A stretch of 64,000 bases of DNA from NCBI GenBank assembly GCA_039630085.1, contig JBCNVM010000004.1, forward strand, positions 32,001 through 96,000, read 5' to 3'. Below, in pieces: positions 36,040 to 45,361 of the stretch. Origin of the DNA: Candidatus Caldarchaeales archaeon (lineage in GTDB: Archaea > Thermoproteota > Nitrososphaeria_A > Caldarchaeales > Calditenuaceae). Made by a program: the position numbers and the translations under genes. The notes below the pieces were generated by a model. It made no database searches and was not told the DNA's origin. It saw nothing but the letters and a program-made list of their open reading frames with translations. How positions within the stretch are numbered: position 1 is the first letter of the stretch; every line of letters starts with the position of its first letter.

Positions 36040-37427
36040 AAGGCGGAGTGGACGGCCCTCACCGCCTCCTCAGCGTCCGACTCCTTGACCACGAACGAGA
36101 TGTTCAGCTCCGAAGACCCCTGCGCTATCATCCTGACGTTTATCCCCCTCGACGCGACCGAGCTGAAGACCTTGCCGGCCACGCCCGGGGTCCCCTTCAT
36201 CCCCTCGCCGATCACCGCGATGGCCGCTACGTCGTCCTCCACCTCGACTTCGCCGCCGCCGAGCTGGGAGATCACGACCCTTCTGATCTCCTCCGCGACC
36301 CTCCTCGAGAGGTTCCTCGGGACCACGACGGATATCGAGGAGCTGGAGACGCTCTGGGAGATCATCAGCGCCTCTATCCTCATCGAGTCTATGACCGAGA
36401 GCACCTTCGCCGCTAGGCCCCCGCCCGAGAGGACCTCGCCCTTCACCGTCACCGAGGAGACCCTCGTCGTCATCAGGACGGCCTTCGTCACCGACCCGCT
36501 GGGGTCCGAGGAGCCGGAGATCAGGGTTCCCTCCGACTCGGGCCTGAAGGTGTTCTTCACCCTGATCGGTATTCCCTTCTCCCTCGCAGGCAGGATCGTC
36601 TTGATCTGGAGCCCCTTCGCGCCGAAGTACGCCATCTCGACGGCCTCGTCGTAGGAGATCCTGCGGAGGACCCTCGCGGTGGGAACGACCCTCGGGTCCG
36701 CGGACATCATGCCGTCGACGTCCGTCCAGAGCCAGACCTCCTTCGCGTCCAAGCAGTAGGCCAGGACGGTCGCGGTGAGGTCGGATCCTCCCCTCCCGAG
36801 GGTGGTGACGATCCCGTCCGGCGTGGATGCGATGTAGCCGGTCACGACCGGGACCTCTCCGGCCCGGATGAGCCCGCCGAGCCGCTCCCTCACCCGCTCG
36901 TAGGTGACGTCCATCAGGGGGGAGGCGTTGCCGAAGTTCGAGTCCGTGACTATTCCGGCCTCTTGGCCCTCGAGGTAGACCGACCTTATCCCGGCGCTCC
37001 TCAGTGAGCCCCACACGATCTTAGTAGAGAGCCTCTCTCCGTAAGAGGCTATCAGGTCCCTCGTCCTAGGCGTGCTCTCCCTCAGCAGCGCGACGCTCCC
37101 GACCAGCTTCCCGAGCTCGGCCACCCTCTCCCTGACGAAGGCCTCGACCTCGGACCTGATCGCGGGCTCCTCGACCGCCCTCCGTGCCGCCGCGAGGTGC
37201 GACCTCTCGAGCCCCCCGAGCAGCTCCTCGGCCCCCTCGACATCGCCTGCCTCCGCCCTCTCGAGGGAGCTGAGAAGTACGTCGGTCGTGTCGCCCATCG
37301 CGGAGCAGACCACCAGGAGCCTGTTCCGCCGAAGCCCGTCGGCGATCAGCGACCTGACCCGGAGGACCCTGTCGCCGTCGCCCAGCGAAGTACCCCCGAA
37401 CTTCCAGACCAGCAGGTCGCCCGACAT
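36027..37427 (-). CDS. lysC: Aspartate kinase with two ACT domains
   Basis: WKFGGTS, SAMGDTTD, SYGERLS, TTLGRGGSD, WTDVDG..ADPR, QGSSE; start ATG 37427. Confidence 0.95.
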   Translation of the reverse strand: MSGDLLVWKFGGTSLGDGDRVLRVRSLIADGLRRNRLLVVCSAMGDTTDVLLSSLERAEAGDVEGAEELLGGLERSHLAAARRAVEEPAIRSEVEAFVRERVAELGKLVGSVALLRESTPRTRDLIASYGERLSTKIVWGSLRSAGIRSVYLEGQEAGIVTDSNFGNASPLMDVTYERVRERLGGLIRAGEVPVVTGYIASTPDGIVTTLGRGGSDLTATVLAYCLDAKEVWLWTDVDGMMSADPRVVPTARVLRRISYDEAVEMAYFGAKGLQIKTILPAREKGIPIRVKNTFRPESEGTLISGSSDPSGSVTKAVLMTTRVSSVTVKGEVLSGGGLAAKVLSVIDSMRIEALMISQSVSSSSISVVVPRNLSRRVAEEIRRVVISQLGGGEVEVEDDVAAIAVIGEGMKGTPGVAGKVFSSVASRGINVRMIAQGSSELNISFVVKESDAEEAVRAVHSAFYGP

Positions 37428-37518
37428 CCACGTCGGCGCAGATCCGTGTCCTTTTAACCTGAGCGCGATCCGATGGGGTGTCAAAGCTTTAATGGTCCGG
37501 ACGGAGCCGGGATCTGGG

Positions 37519-37866
37519 ATGGCTTCACCGGAGGACGCCGAGCTCGAGGAGATCAGGAGGAGGAAGATGGCGGAGCTCCAGCAGAGGATGGCCGCGGAGG
37601 AGGCGAAGAGGAGGGAGGAGGCCGAGAGGGCCGCGATCATGAGGGCGATACTCACACCCGAGGCGAGGCAGAGGCTCGCGAACGTGAAGGTGGCGAGGCC
37701 GGACCTCGCGGAGGCGGTCGAGAGGTACCTGATTCAGCTCGCCCAGAGCGGGAGGCTGAAGGGCCAGGTGACCGATGACGTCCTGAGGGAGCTCCTCGAG
37801 AGGCTGACGCCGAAGAAGAGGGAGACGAGGATCGTGAGGCTCAGCAAGGACGACCTCCTCGAGTGA
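37519..37866 (+). CDS. PDCD5-family DNA-binding protein
   Basis: ELEEIRRRKMAEL, ILTPEARQRLANV, VERYLIQLAQSG. Confidence 0.92.
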   Translation: MASPEDAELEEIRRRKMAELQQRMAAEEAKRREEAERAAIMRAILTPEARQRLANVKVARPDLAEAVERYLIQLAQSGRLKGQVTDDVLRELLERLTPKKRETRIVRLSKDDLLE

Positions 37867-37876
37867 GGGTCGGGGC

Positions 37877-38080
37877 ATGGAGGCGAGGGCCCTCGTTCCC
37901 GGCGGACGCAGGTTCAGGGGAGGAAAGGGGTTCTCGAGGGGCGAGCTGAAGGCGGCGGGGCTGACCGTCTCCGAGGCCCGGGGGGCAAGGATCCCGGTCG
38001 ACGCGCGGAGGAGGTCGGTCCATCCGAAGAACGTCGAGCTCCTGAAGAGGTTCGTCTCCGAGAGGAATAGGCCGGCTTGA
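37877..38080 (+). CDS. rpl13e: 50S ribosomal protein eL13
   Basis: GKGFSRGELKAAGL, IPVDARRRS, NVELL. Confidence 0.9.
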   Translation: MEARALVPGGRRFRGGKGFSRGELKAAGLTVSEARGARIPVDARRRSVHPKNVELLKRFVSERNRPA

Positions 38081-38244
38081 CGAGGACCAAGCGGTGCGAG
38101 GTCTGCGGCGAGACCTTCGAGTGCGGCTTCGAGGACGGCGACTGCTGGTGCGGGTCCGTCTTCGTCCCCCCGGAGAGGCTGAAGCTCCTCTCGAGGCTCG
38201 CAAGAGACTGCGTCTGCAGGAGGTGCCTTACGGGCGGGGGCTGA
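38077..38244 (+). CDS. Cysteine-rich CWC-family small protein (55 aa)
   Basis: Manual translation MTRTKRCEVCGETFECGFEDGDCWCGSVFVPPERLKLLSRLARDCVCRRCLTGGG; TTG overlaps the eL13 stop (TTGA). Not in ORF track. Confidence 0.8.
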   Translation: MTRTKRCEVCGETFECGFEDGDCWCGSVFVPPERLKLLSRLARDCVCRRCLTGGG

Positions 38245-38250
38245 CCCCCT

Positions 38251-38949
38251 TCACTTGGCCAGCGCCGTGGAGATCAGCATCAGCTCCGGACCCCTCGTCC
38301 TGTTCCCCACGACGGCGGCCTTCCCGTTCGCGAGCATCCCGCTCCTGATGAACTTGCTCCCGTCGTTGACCGTCACCCTCGTGAACTCGACCTTGAGCGC
38401 CTCCTCGAGGGCCTCCAAGTCCGACTCCGTGGCGTCGACCGTCACGAACCCGACCCGGTTCGTCACGACGGTGAGCGACCCGACCGTCTTCATCCCCGCG
38501 ACGGTCCCCCTCACGACCTCGACGGAGAGGATGTCCTCGATCGCCCCGACCTCTTTCTGGGTGAAGTCCGGCGAGACTACCGCGCCCCTGTCGTTGGCCG
38601 CGATCAGGTTCCCGAGGGCCGTGAGCCTGCTCTTCAGGACCTCGACCCTGACGTCGGGCATCGCCCGCCTGATCTCCTCGACCTCCTCCTCGAGCGCGGT
38701 TGACGGGAGCAGCAGGCCGTTCGAGTTCCCGGCCACCATCACGCCGATCAGGAAGCTCGAGGCGACCGACCCCCTGACCGCCTTGACGTCCAAGGCCTCC
38801 CCGAGGATGCCCGCGTCCTTCTCGGTCATGATGGAGGGGACGACGACGAACCTCTCGGAGCAGGAGGCGAAGAGTCCGACGTAAGGCGTCCCGAAGACGT
38901 CCAGGACCCTGACCCTAGGGGCCTCGCTGGCCCGCTCCAGGGAGTTCAT
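38251..38949 (-). CDS. eif6: Translation initiation factor 6
   Basis: PYVGLF, IGVMVAGNSNGLL, TALGNLIAAND, TVNDG, GPEL; start ATG 38949. Confidence 0.93.
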   Translation of the reverse strand: MNSLERASEAPRVRVLDVFGTPYVGLFASCSERFVVVPSIMTEKDAGILGEALDVKAVRGSVASSFLIGVMVAGNSNGLLLPSTALEEEVEEIRRAMPDVRVEVLKSRLTALGNLIAANDRGAVVSPDFTQKEVGAIEDILSVEVVRGTVAGMKTVGSLTVVTNRVGFVTVDATESDLEALEEALKVEFTRVTVNDGSKFIRSGMLANGKAAVVGNRTRGPELMLISTALAK

Positions 38950-39209
38950 CCCTCCGACTCCGGGAGCTTGACCTCTGCCGTTTCCTCGTCGACCTTCTCG
39001 ATCACGACCCTGAGCTTCCTCGGAGGCCTGGAGACGGATCTGCTCCAGAAGACGGCGTTGAGGGACTGGTCTATCACGACCCTCTTCGCCTTCGAGATCC
39101 TCATGGCCCTCTCCCTTAGGAGGTTGATCGCCCTCTTCGCCCTCCTCAGCCGCTTCGACTCGTAGGCGTCCCTCAGGTTCAGCGTGACCTCCCACCTCTT
39201 CTCGGTCAC
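38946..39209 (-). CDS. rpl31e: 50S ribosomal protein eL31
   Basis: TLNLR, RRAKRAI, LNAVFWSRS..PPRKLRV. Confidence 0.93.
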   Translation of the reverse strand: MTEKRWEVTLNLRDAYESKRLRRAKRAINLLRERAMRISKAKRVVIDQSLNAVFWSRSVSRPPRKLRVVIEKVDEETAEVKLPESEG

Positions 39210-39220
39210 CGGCCCTCACC

Positions 39221-39376
39221 TCACGGCTTGAGGCTCGCGGAGCGCCTCCAGTTCCTCTGCCTCCTGCTGATCGACACCTCGTTTCCGGTCCTGAGCCTCA
39301 CCCACGCCGGGACAGGCCTCGCCCTCTTCGTCGCCGCGGCGAGCCTCCTCTTCTTGGGCAGGGTCTTCTTCGACAT
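39221..39376 (-). CDS. rpl39e: 50S ribosomal protein eL39
   Basis: Manual translation MSKKTLPKKRRLAAATKRARPVPAWVRLRTGNEVSISRRQRNWRRSASLKP. Not in ORF track. Confidence 0.92.
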   Translation of the reverse strand: MSKKTLPKKRRLAAATKRARPVPAWVRLRTGNEVSISRRQRNWRRSASLKP

Positions 39377-39419
39377 GCCTAAGCCTCCACGGATCAGCTG
39401 AATTTAAGCCAAATTCCGG

Positions 39420-40271
39420 TCACGCCGACCTCCTCGTGACGTCGCTGTACCTGAGCCTGAACCAGGCCGCGATGACAGGCGCGATCGAGTAGGCGAGGAT
39501 GCTGAGGTGGGCCCTGCCGACATCAACGAGCGAGAGCCCGGAGGCGGCCCCGAATAAGCCCGCCGCGAAGGCCCGCAGGTTGAGGAGGTCCGCGACCACG
39601 GTGACCGTGTAGCCCACCGCGGCCCAGCTCTGGAGGTAGGAGGAGATCTCGAGGAGCGACCTGTCGTCGTTGAGGACGGCGACGACGTTCGCGTAGCTCT
39701 GGAAGAGCACCGACCCGAAGAAGAGTATCCCGCCGAGGAGGATCGCGATCATGCTCCTTCTCGTCAGCTCCCCGAGCGCGACGCCCAGCGCGAACGAGGG
39801 CGCGGCCGAGGCGAGCGAGGCCGCGATTCCTACGGCGAGGACATCGAGCCTCGACTGCGGACCGAACGCGTACCAAGACAATGCCAGGGCCAGACAGGAG
39901 TAGAGGGCGACGATAGACCCTAGTAGGAGCAGCCCGCCGAGCAGCTTGCCGGCGAAGTACTCGATCCTCGAGATCGGCCTAGTGAACCAGAAGTCCGCCG
40001 TGCCGGTCTCGTACTCCTCCGAGGAGGTGGAGGCTCCGATCGTGATGGCGAGGACGTGGACGAGGGCCGTGGAGGGGGCGACGAGCCCGACCGACCACGC
40101 GTACTGCCTTATCGGGTTGACGATGAAGGGAGGAAGCCTGGTGAGGACGTAGTAGATCGCGACCTCGAGGAGCAGGGTTGCCGCGAGGAGGAGGAGAACG
40201 CGGCGCCTCGCGAGGCTGCGCAGCAGCTCGTACTCCACGAGCACGGCCAGGGCCCTAAGAGTGGACGCCAT
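39420..40271 (-). CDS. ABC-2-type transporter permease
   Basis: SEEYETGT..FTRPISR..GKL motif; 6 TM segments. Confidence 0.85.
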   Translation of the reverse strand: MASTLRALAVLVEYELLRSLARRRVLLLLAATLLLEVAIYYVLTRLPPFIVNPIRQYAWSVGLVAPSTALVHVLAITIGASTSSEEYETGTADFWFTRPISRIEYFAGKLLGGLLLLGSIVALYSCLALALSWYAFGPQSRLDVLAVGIAASLASAAPSFALGVALGELTRRSMIAILLGGILFFGSVLFQSYANVVAVLNDDRSLLEISSYLQSWAAVGYTVTVVADLLNLRAFAAGLFGAASGLSLVDVGRAHLSILAYSIAPVIAAWFRLRYSDVTRRSA

Positions 40272-41193
40272 CCCTTACCACCCTGACGAAGACGTCCTCG
40301 AGGGTCGGAGGGGCAGTCCTCATCTCCAGCAGCCCGCACCCCGACCTGACCAGCAGGTCCGCTATCTCCTCCCTCGGGTCCCTCGACCCGTCGAATACGA
40401 CCCTCAGGGCCTGTCCGTTGACCTCCAGCGACCTCACGCCCCCGGTCCCGAGGATAGCGCTCCTTACGTCGTCGGCCGGCGGCCTCCTCACTCTGACCTC
40501 GAGGACGACGCCCTCGCTCGACCTCAGGAGGTCCGCGACCGACCCCTCGAGCACGGTCTTCCCCATGTAGACCATGCCCACCCTATCGGAGACCCTCTCG
40601 ACCTCGTAGAGCTCGTGGGAGGAGAAGACGATCGTCTTTCCCTGCCTCCTCTGATCCTGCATGACGTCCCTGATGTGGACCCTGCCGACCGGGTCGACGC
40701 CGAGCATCGGCTCGTCGAGGATCAGGAGCTCCGGGTCGCCGACGAGAGCCTGACCGATCGAGAGCCTCTGTATCATGCCCTTCGAGAAGCCCGCGACCCT
40801 CCTGTCGGCGTGCCTGACCAGCCCCGTGAGGTCCAGGACCCTCTCGACCTCCCTCTTCGTCTCCTGGAGGCCCATGCCCTTCAGCCTGCAGGTCACCTCG
40901 AGGAGCTTCCTAGCGGTGAAGAAGGCCGGGAAGGTCGGGAGCTCCGGCGAATATCCGACTTGGGCGTTGACCCGCTTCGGGTCCTCGAAGGGATCTGCGC
41001 CGAGGACCTCAACTCGGCCGGAAGTAGGCCTGAGGAGGCCCAGGACCGCCCTCAGCGTGGTCGTCTTACCGGAGCCGTTAGGGCCCACGAGCCCGTAGAC
41101 CTCCGAACGGCCCACGCTGAGCGTTATCGGTCCGACCCTCCCCCCGTCCCTGTACTCCTTGACCAGCGACTCGACCCTAATGACCGCTCCCAA
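40255..41193 (-). CDS. ABC transporter ATP-binding protein
   Basis: GPNGSGKTT, FSKGM, LILDEP, SSH. Confidence 0.93.
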   Translation of the reverse strand: MGAVIRVESLVKEYRDGGRVGPITLSVGRSEVYGLVGPNGSGKTTTLRAVLGLLRPTSGRVEVLGADPFEDPKRVNAQVGYSPELPTFPAFFTARKLLEVTCRLKGMGLQETKREVERVLDLTGLVRHADRRVAGFSKGMIQRLSIGQALVGDPELLILDEPMLGVDPVGRVHIRDVMQDQRRQGKTIVFSSHELYEVERVSDRVGMVYMGKTVLEGSVADLLRSSEGVVLEVRVRRPPADDVRSAILGTGGVRSLEVNGQALRVVFDGSRDPREEIADLLVRSGCGLLEMRTAPPTLEDVFVRVVRDGVHS

Positions 41194-41204
41194 GCCTCAG
41201 GGCC

Positions 41205-42077
41205 TCAGACGTAGTGGGGTTTCCTCGCGGCCGCCTCGGTCGAACCTGTCCTCCTGGAGGCCCTCAGCGAGAGGGCAGCGACGGCAGCGACCGCGGCGAG
41301 GCCGGCGGCGCCAACAGCTGCTACCTTCAGCCCTTGGTCTTGGGAAGTCTGCTCAGCGGAGGTTCCGGGGACAGTCGGCTTCACCGCGTCAGACCTAGAC
41401 GCAGCGAGTCCCGAACCAGCCTCGACGATGCCGAACGAGTAGGGAACGCTCAGCAGCCGCTCCACCGCGAACGAAGACGCGACTGGCCTGATCGAGGCGA
41501 GGTCGATGTTCGAGTCGGTGAGCCTGAGCTCGAGGGCCTTCAGCCCCCTGCCCTCGGAGGCGAGCGATGCCGAAAGCGCGTAGATCACCCGCGAAGGCTC
41601 GATCGTTTCGACCGTGGCTGTGAACTCGGTCCGCGGGTCGCCGCCAACGGCCGAGATTGCCCTGATCGAGTAGGTCACCGTCTGGTAGGTCTTCCCTCCG
41701 ACCTGCCTCTGGGCCCTGCCGACCTCCTCGACGGTCACGGAGAAAGAGTAGTTCCCCCTAGAGTAACTGAAGGAGCCTGGCGAGAATTCGGCGGGGAGCG
41801 TCGGGACCATGAAGGCCGAAGCGGGGAGGTTCTTCTCGAGCGTCGAGACGCCGTCATTGAAGGTGAGCTCGACCCTCAGCCTGACCGATCCCTCTTTGAG
41901 TTCGGTCGCGGTGACCTTAAGGGTCCCGGAGACGGAGGCGCCGTCTGCGCGCTCCAGCCGGTACGCGTAGGCGAAGTAGGACTGCTCCCCCAGACCCACC
42001 GCCAGGACAGAGGACAGGGCGAGCGCCGCTGCGAGGACCGCCGCCCAAGTCCATCCGGACTTCAGGGACGAACTCAT
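41205..42077 (-). CDS. Secreted beta-rich protein with C-terminal membrane anchor
   Basis: N-terminal signal peptide, alternating beta-strand pattern, C-terminal hydrophobic helix plus basic tail. Confidence 0.7.
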   Translation of the reverse strand: MSSSLKSGWTWAAVLAAALALSSVLAVGLGEQSYFAYAYRLERADGASVSGTLKVTATELKEGSVRLRVELTFNDGVSTLEKNLPASAFMVPTLPAEFSPGSFSYSRGNYSFSVTVEEVGRAQRQVGGKTYQTVTYSIRAISAVGGDPRTEFTATVETIEPSRVIYALSASLASEGRGLKALELRLTDSNIDLASIRPVASSFAVERLLSVPYSFGIVEAGSGLAASRSDAVKPTVPGTSAEQTSQDQGLKVAAVGAAGLAAVAAVAALSLRASRRTGSTEAAARKPHYV

Positions 42078-42148
42078 GTCTGAGCCTCGATAGCGCTCGG
42101 GAGATTTAACGGTATGCGAACGTAAACATGTCGCGAGGTGGCGAACCC

Positions 42149-43555
42149 TCAGAGCATCACGCCGGGGTTGAGGATCAGGTTCGGGTCAAAGAGCTCCTTG
42201 ATCCGCCTCATCAGCTCGAGGGCCTCGCCGTGCTGCTCCCTCATGAACTCCTTCTTCTCGATGCCTATGCCGTGCTCCGCGGAGGCCGCGCCCCCCGCCG
42301 AGATCGCGTAGCTCACCAGCTCCGCGTTCGCCCTCCACGCCCTCCTCCAGGACTCGGTGTCGCGGCCGTCGGTGAGCCAGTTCGCATGGATGTTCCCGTC
42401 TCCGAGGTGCCCCGCAACCCCCACCCTAACGCCGTGACTCTCGCCGAGCTCGTACGCCTTCCTCACCGCGTCCATCACCCTCGAGAGCGGGACGATGATG
42501 TCCCCGGTTATCGGCGCCCTGCAGGCCCTCGTGACGGATGGGTAGAGGGCCTTCCTCGCCTCCCAGATCCTCTGCTCCTCCTCCTGGTCCCTCGGGAGGT
42601 CGATCCGGACCGCGCCGCTCTCTTCGAATATGCTCGCGGCCGCCCTCACCTCCTCCCCCACGCCGCTGGCGGAGTACCCGTGGAACTCCAAGATCAGCAT
42701 GCACTCGTGTGCAGGGAGGAGGACGCTTGAGTGCGCCGAGATCAGCTCGAGGTGGACTCTGTCGAGGAACTCGATCGCCGCGGGCTCGAGGCCCTCCTGC
42801 CTGATCGAGTTGATCGCCGAGATGCCCCCCTCTATCGAGTCGAAGTATGCCGCGACGGTCGACCTGTGCCTCGGGAGCTTCCTCAGCCTCAGGGTGGCGC
42901 CGGTTATCACGCCGAGCGTCCCCTCCGAGCCGACGACCAGCCTGACCAAGTCGTACCCGATCGAGGACTTGAAGACGTTGGCGCCGACCCGCATCGGCTT
43001 GCCCGTGGGCAGCACCAAGTCCACCGAGAGGACGTAGTCCCTCGTGACGCCGTACTTCACAGCCCTCAGCCCAGAAGCGTTGTTCGCGATCATCCCGCCG
43101 ATCGTGCAGGACCTGCTGCTCCCCGGGTCCGGAGGGAAGAAGAGTCCGTAGGGCGCGAGGTGGGCGTTGAGCTGGTCGTAGATCACGCCGGGCTGGACGT
43201 CGACTTGGAAGTCGTGCGGCCTGACATCGAGGACTCTGTTCATCTTCATCGTGTTCATCACGATACCCCCGTATACCGGGACGCAGGCGCCTGCGAGTCC
43301 CGTGCCGGCTCCCCTGACGTAGACCGGGATGCGCCTCTCGTTCGCGAGCCTCAGCACCTCGGAGACCTCATCGGGCGTCTCGGGCCAGACGACCGCGTCC
43401 GGGAGGTGGAGCTCTCCGGGGAAGGCGTCCAGCGCGTTCGTGACGAGGTCGTACCTGTCGGTCGAGACGTCCTCAGGCCCCAGGACCCTCCTCAGCCTCT
43501 CGAGGTCTGAGCGCGATGGGGAATTGTAGCCCTCCAAATCGGTCCTCGCAGTCAT
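42149..43555 (-). CDS. FAD-linked oxidase, GlcD / D-lactate dehydrogenase family
   Basis: RGAGTGL, PDPGS, TIGGMIANNASG, KYGVTRD, GSEGTLG, GHLGDGNIH, EHGIG, DPNLILNPG. Confidence 0.92.
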   Translation of the reverse strand: MTARTDLEGYNSPSRSDLERLRRVLGPEDVSTDRYDLVTNALDAFPGELHLPDAVVWPETPDEVSEVLRLANERRIPVYVRGAGTGLAGACVPVYGGIVMNTMKMNRVLDVRPHDFQVDVQPGVIYDQLNAHLAPYGLFFPPDPGSSRSCTIGGMIANNASGLRAVKYGVTRDYVLSVDLVLPTGKPMRVGANVFKSSIGYDLVRLVVGSEGTLGVITGATLRLRKLPRHRSTVAAYFDSIEGGISAINSIRQEGLEPAAIEFLDRVHLELISAHSSVLLPAHECMLILEFHGYSASGVGEEVRAAASIFEESGAVRIDLPRDQEEEQRIWEARKALYPSVTRACRAPITGDIIVPLSRVMDAVRKAYELGESHGVRVGVAGHLGDGNIHANWLTDGRDTESWRRAWRANAELVSYAISAGGAASAEHGIGIEKKEFMREQHGEALELMRRIKELFDPNLILNPGVML

Positions 43556-43588
43556 GAGCGCGATTAAGCGTTTTCGGGAGGTCGGCAG

Positions 43589-43969
43589 CTAGCGCTCCAA
43601 GAGGTACCTGCTGAGGTCCTTGACCTCTCCGTCCTTGAGGACCTTCACCGATGTCGATGGCTTGACCGGGACGCCCAGCGACCTGAAGAGCTTCAGGAGG
43701 GCGCCGGCATCGATGGGGGACTCGAGCCTCCCGCTCCTCACGGCGTTGAGCAGCGCCTCCGCAACCCTCTCGGCGACCGCCGGGTCGAGCTCGCGGGCCT
43801 CGTCCAGCACCTCGATCCCCTTCTCGTCCAAGTGAGCCCTCAGCTCCTCCACCGGCGACCGCCTCTCCTCGACGGCCTTCGCGCCCTGGTCAGACCTCGA
43901 TGCCAGAAGCCTGCTCAGCCTTCTCAGCCTGATAAGCTTCAGCTCGATGTCCTCGTCCTCCGACATCAC
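43589..43969 (-). CDS. PDCD5-like (dsDNA-binding) paralog
   Basis: EDIELKLIRLRRL N-terminal helix; P.VAERVAEAL...SGRL...I. Confidence 0.65.
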   Translation of the reverse strand: MMSEDEDIELKLIRLRRLSRLLASRSDQGAKAVEERRSPVEELRAHLDEKGIEVLDEARELDPAVAERVAEALLNAVRSGRLESPIDAGALLKLFRSLGVPVKPSTSVKVLKDGEVKDLSRYLLER

Positions 43970-44000
43970 CCTTCGGCCGACCTACGCCCGTATAAATGAT

Positions 44001-44065
44001 GGCAGGCTCGCCCTGTCCCGTAGGACCTCACCGGTCGGACCCGGTCAAACCCGTCATCGCCCGCC
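44001..44065 (-). ncRNA. Candidate box C/D guide sRNA
   Basis: Terminal stem GGCGGGC/GCCTGCC; C GCGATGA, 15-nt guide, D' CCGA, degenerate C' GTGAGG, 14-nt guide, D GCGA; TTAACT about 25 nt upstream. Confidence 0.45.
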
Positions 44066-44097
44066 GGCCTGCTCCTGGGGGCCGCCAGCTAGTTAAC

Positions 44098-44493
44098 CTA
44101 AACCGAGACGTAGACGTAATCCCCCTTAGAGCCCATCCTCCGGAGCCTGCCTCTCTTGTACAGGTAGCCGAGGGCCTGGCTCACCTTCCTGCTCTGGAGC
44201 TTGTACCCCGTCAACCGCTCGATCTCCTCCCTGACCTCGGAGGTCCTCCTCGGCCTCGCGAAGAAGCCCGTCGGGACCAGGAGCGACTCGATCGCCTCGA
44301 GCGCGAGGGCCGCCTCCGACGAGCCCCTCCTCTTCCTCCGCGACGCCCGTGCCTCCGGCGCGGCGCTTTGACCCTCGAGCTCCTCGAGGAGGGCCCTAAA
44401 CTCGACTGCCAGCGACCTCAGCTCCTTGACGCTGTCCGCGTGAACCGTTACATCCGCGCTCCTGCCCCTAAGCGTGAGGGAGAACCTCGCCAT
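44098..44493 (-). CDS. Winged-helix DNA-binding protein (hypothetical)
   Basis: FFARPRRTSEVREEI...VSQALGYLYKRGRLRR...YVY wHTH pattern. Confidence 0.7.
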   Translation of the reverse strand: MARFSLTLRGRSADVTVHADSVKELRSLAVEFRALLEELEGQSAAPEARASRRKRRGSSEAALALEAIESLLVPTGFFARPRRTSEVREEIERLTGYKLQSRKVSQALGYLYKRGRLRRMGSKGDYVYVSV

Positions 44494-44544
44494 CGGCCCC
44501 CACCGGGTCCGGCCGCCCATTTGACTTTTAGTCGCGGGCTTCAC

Positions 44545-44943
44545 GTGGAGACCCCCGTGAGGGTGAGGATCGTCGCGGAGGTCAAGCCGACCGAGGACCA
44601 GAGGAAGGTCTTGGCCGCAGTCTCGCGGCTCTTCCCCGAGGTGAGGTTCGAGGTTAGGGAGAGGGGAGGCTCGGTGGAGGTCTGCGGCGAGTCCGACCAG
44701 CTCTCCTCGCTGAAGTACCTCAAGGAGAACCTGAGGAGGAGGAAGGTGAGGGCAGCTGCTGAGCGGATCATCAGGTCCTACTCCGGCACCGGCTACGTGA
44801 GGATGGTCCTGAGCAAGCAGGCCGCCTACGTCGGGACGGTCTCCTTCCTCGAGGAGGACGAGATCCCCGAGATCGGGTGGATCGACGTCTACGTCGAGAC
44901 AGAGGACCCTGAGGGGCTGATCGGCTGGCTCACCGAGAGGTGA
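44545..44943 (+). CDS. UPF0201/DUF54 putative RNA-binding protein
   Basis: AEVKPTED.KV..AV..LFP and LSKQAAYVG motifs; start GTG 44545. Confidence 0.85.
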   Translation: METPVRVRIVAEVKPTEDQRKVLAAVSRLFPEVRFEVRERGGSVEVCGESDQLSSLKYLKENLRRRKVRAAAERIIRSYSGTGYVRMVLSKQAAYVGTVSFLEEDEIPEIGWIDVYVETEDPEGLIGWLTER

Positions 44944-45361
44944 CGTCCGAGGTGCGCGTGAGCGGTGTCAGGTGTTCATGGACGATCCTCCACCTCTCTC
45001 CCTCTCTCACGAGGACCGCGGTCCCGATCGCCTCGACCTCGAGGAATGCTCCCTCGAACCTGTACTGGTAGACGAGGATCCCCTTGTAACTCAGCCTGTA
45101 GACGACCAGCGCCGCTCCGTCGCCGATCAGCCTCGTTTGGACCTCCTCCAGCGAGAACTCGAGGTCCGCGATCTGAGCCGGCATGGACCTCCTCGTCACG
45201 ATCGCCCTCTCAGGCTCGAGGAGCTCTCCGGGGTTGAGCTCGCTGACCAGCGTGTATCCGTCGGCGTAGGCCTCGAGGAGCGACTCGACGTCGCCCCGCT
45301 TGATCGACTCGTAGACCGAGACCACCGCCGCGAACGGGTCCTGAGGCCCTCGATCTGTCAA
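44930..45361 (-). CDS. SnoaL/NTF2-like (DUF4440-type) protein
   Basis: GDVESLLEAYADG; C-terminal GERWRIVHEH. Confidence 0.8.
   Translation of the reverse strand: MTDRGPQDPFAAVVSVYESIKRGDVESLLEAYADGYTLVSELNPGELLEPERAIVTRRSMPAQIADLEFSLEEVQTRLIGDGAALVVYRLSYKGILVYQYRFEGAFLEVEAIGTAVLVREGERWRIVHEHLTPLTRTSDVTSR

Noticed and set aside
37428-37655. N-terminal extension of aspartate kinase (and the reciprocal extension of PDCD5 from 37072)
   Set aside because: Each is antisense to the neighbouring real gene; family N-termini begin at 37427 and 37519
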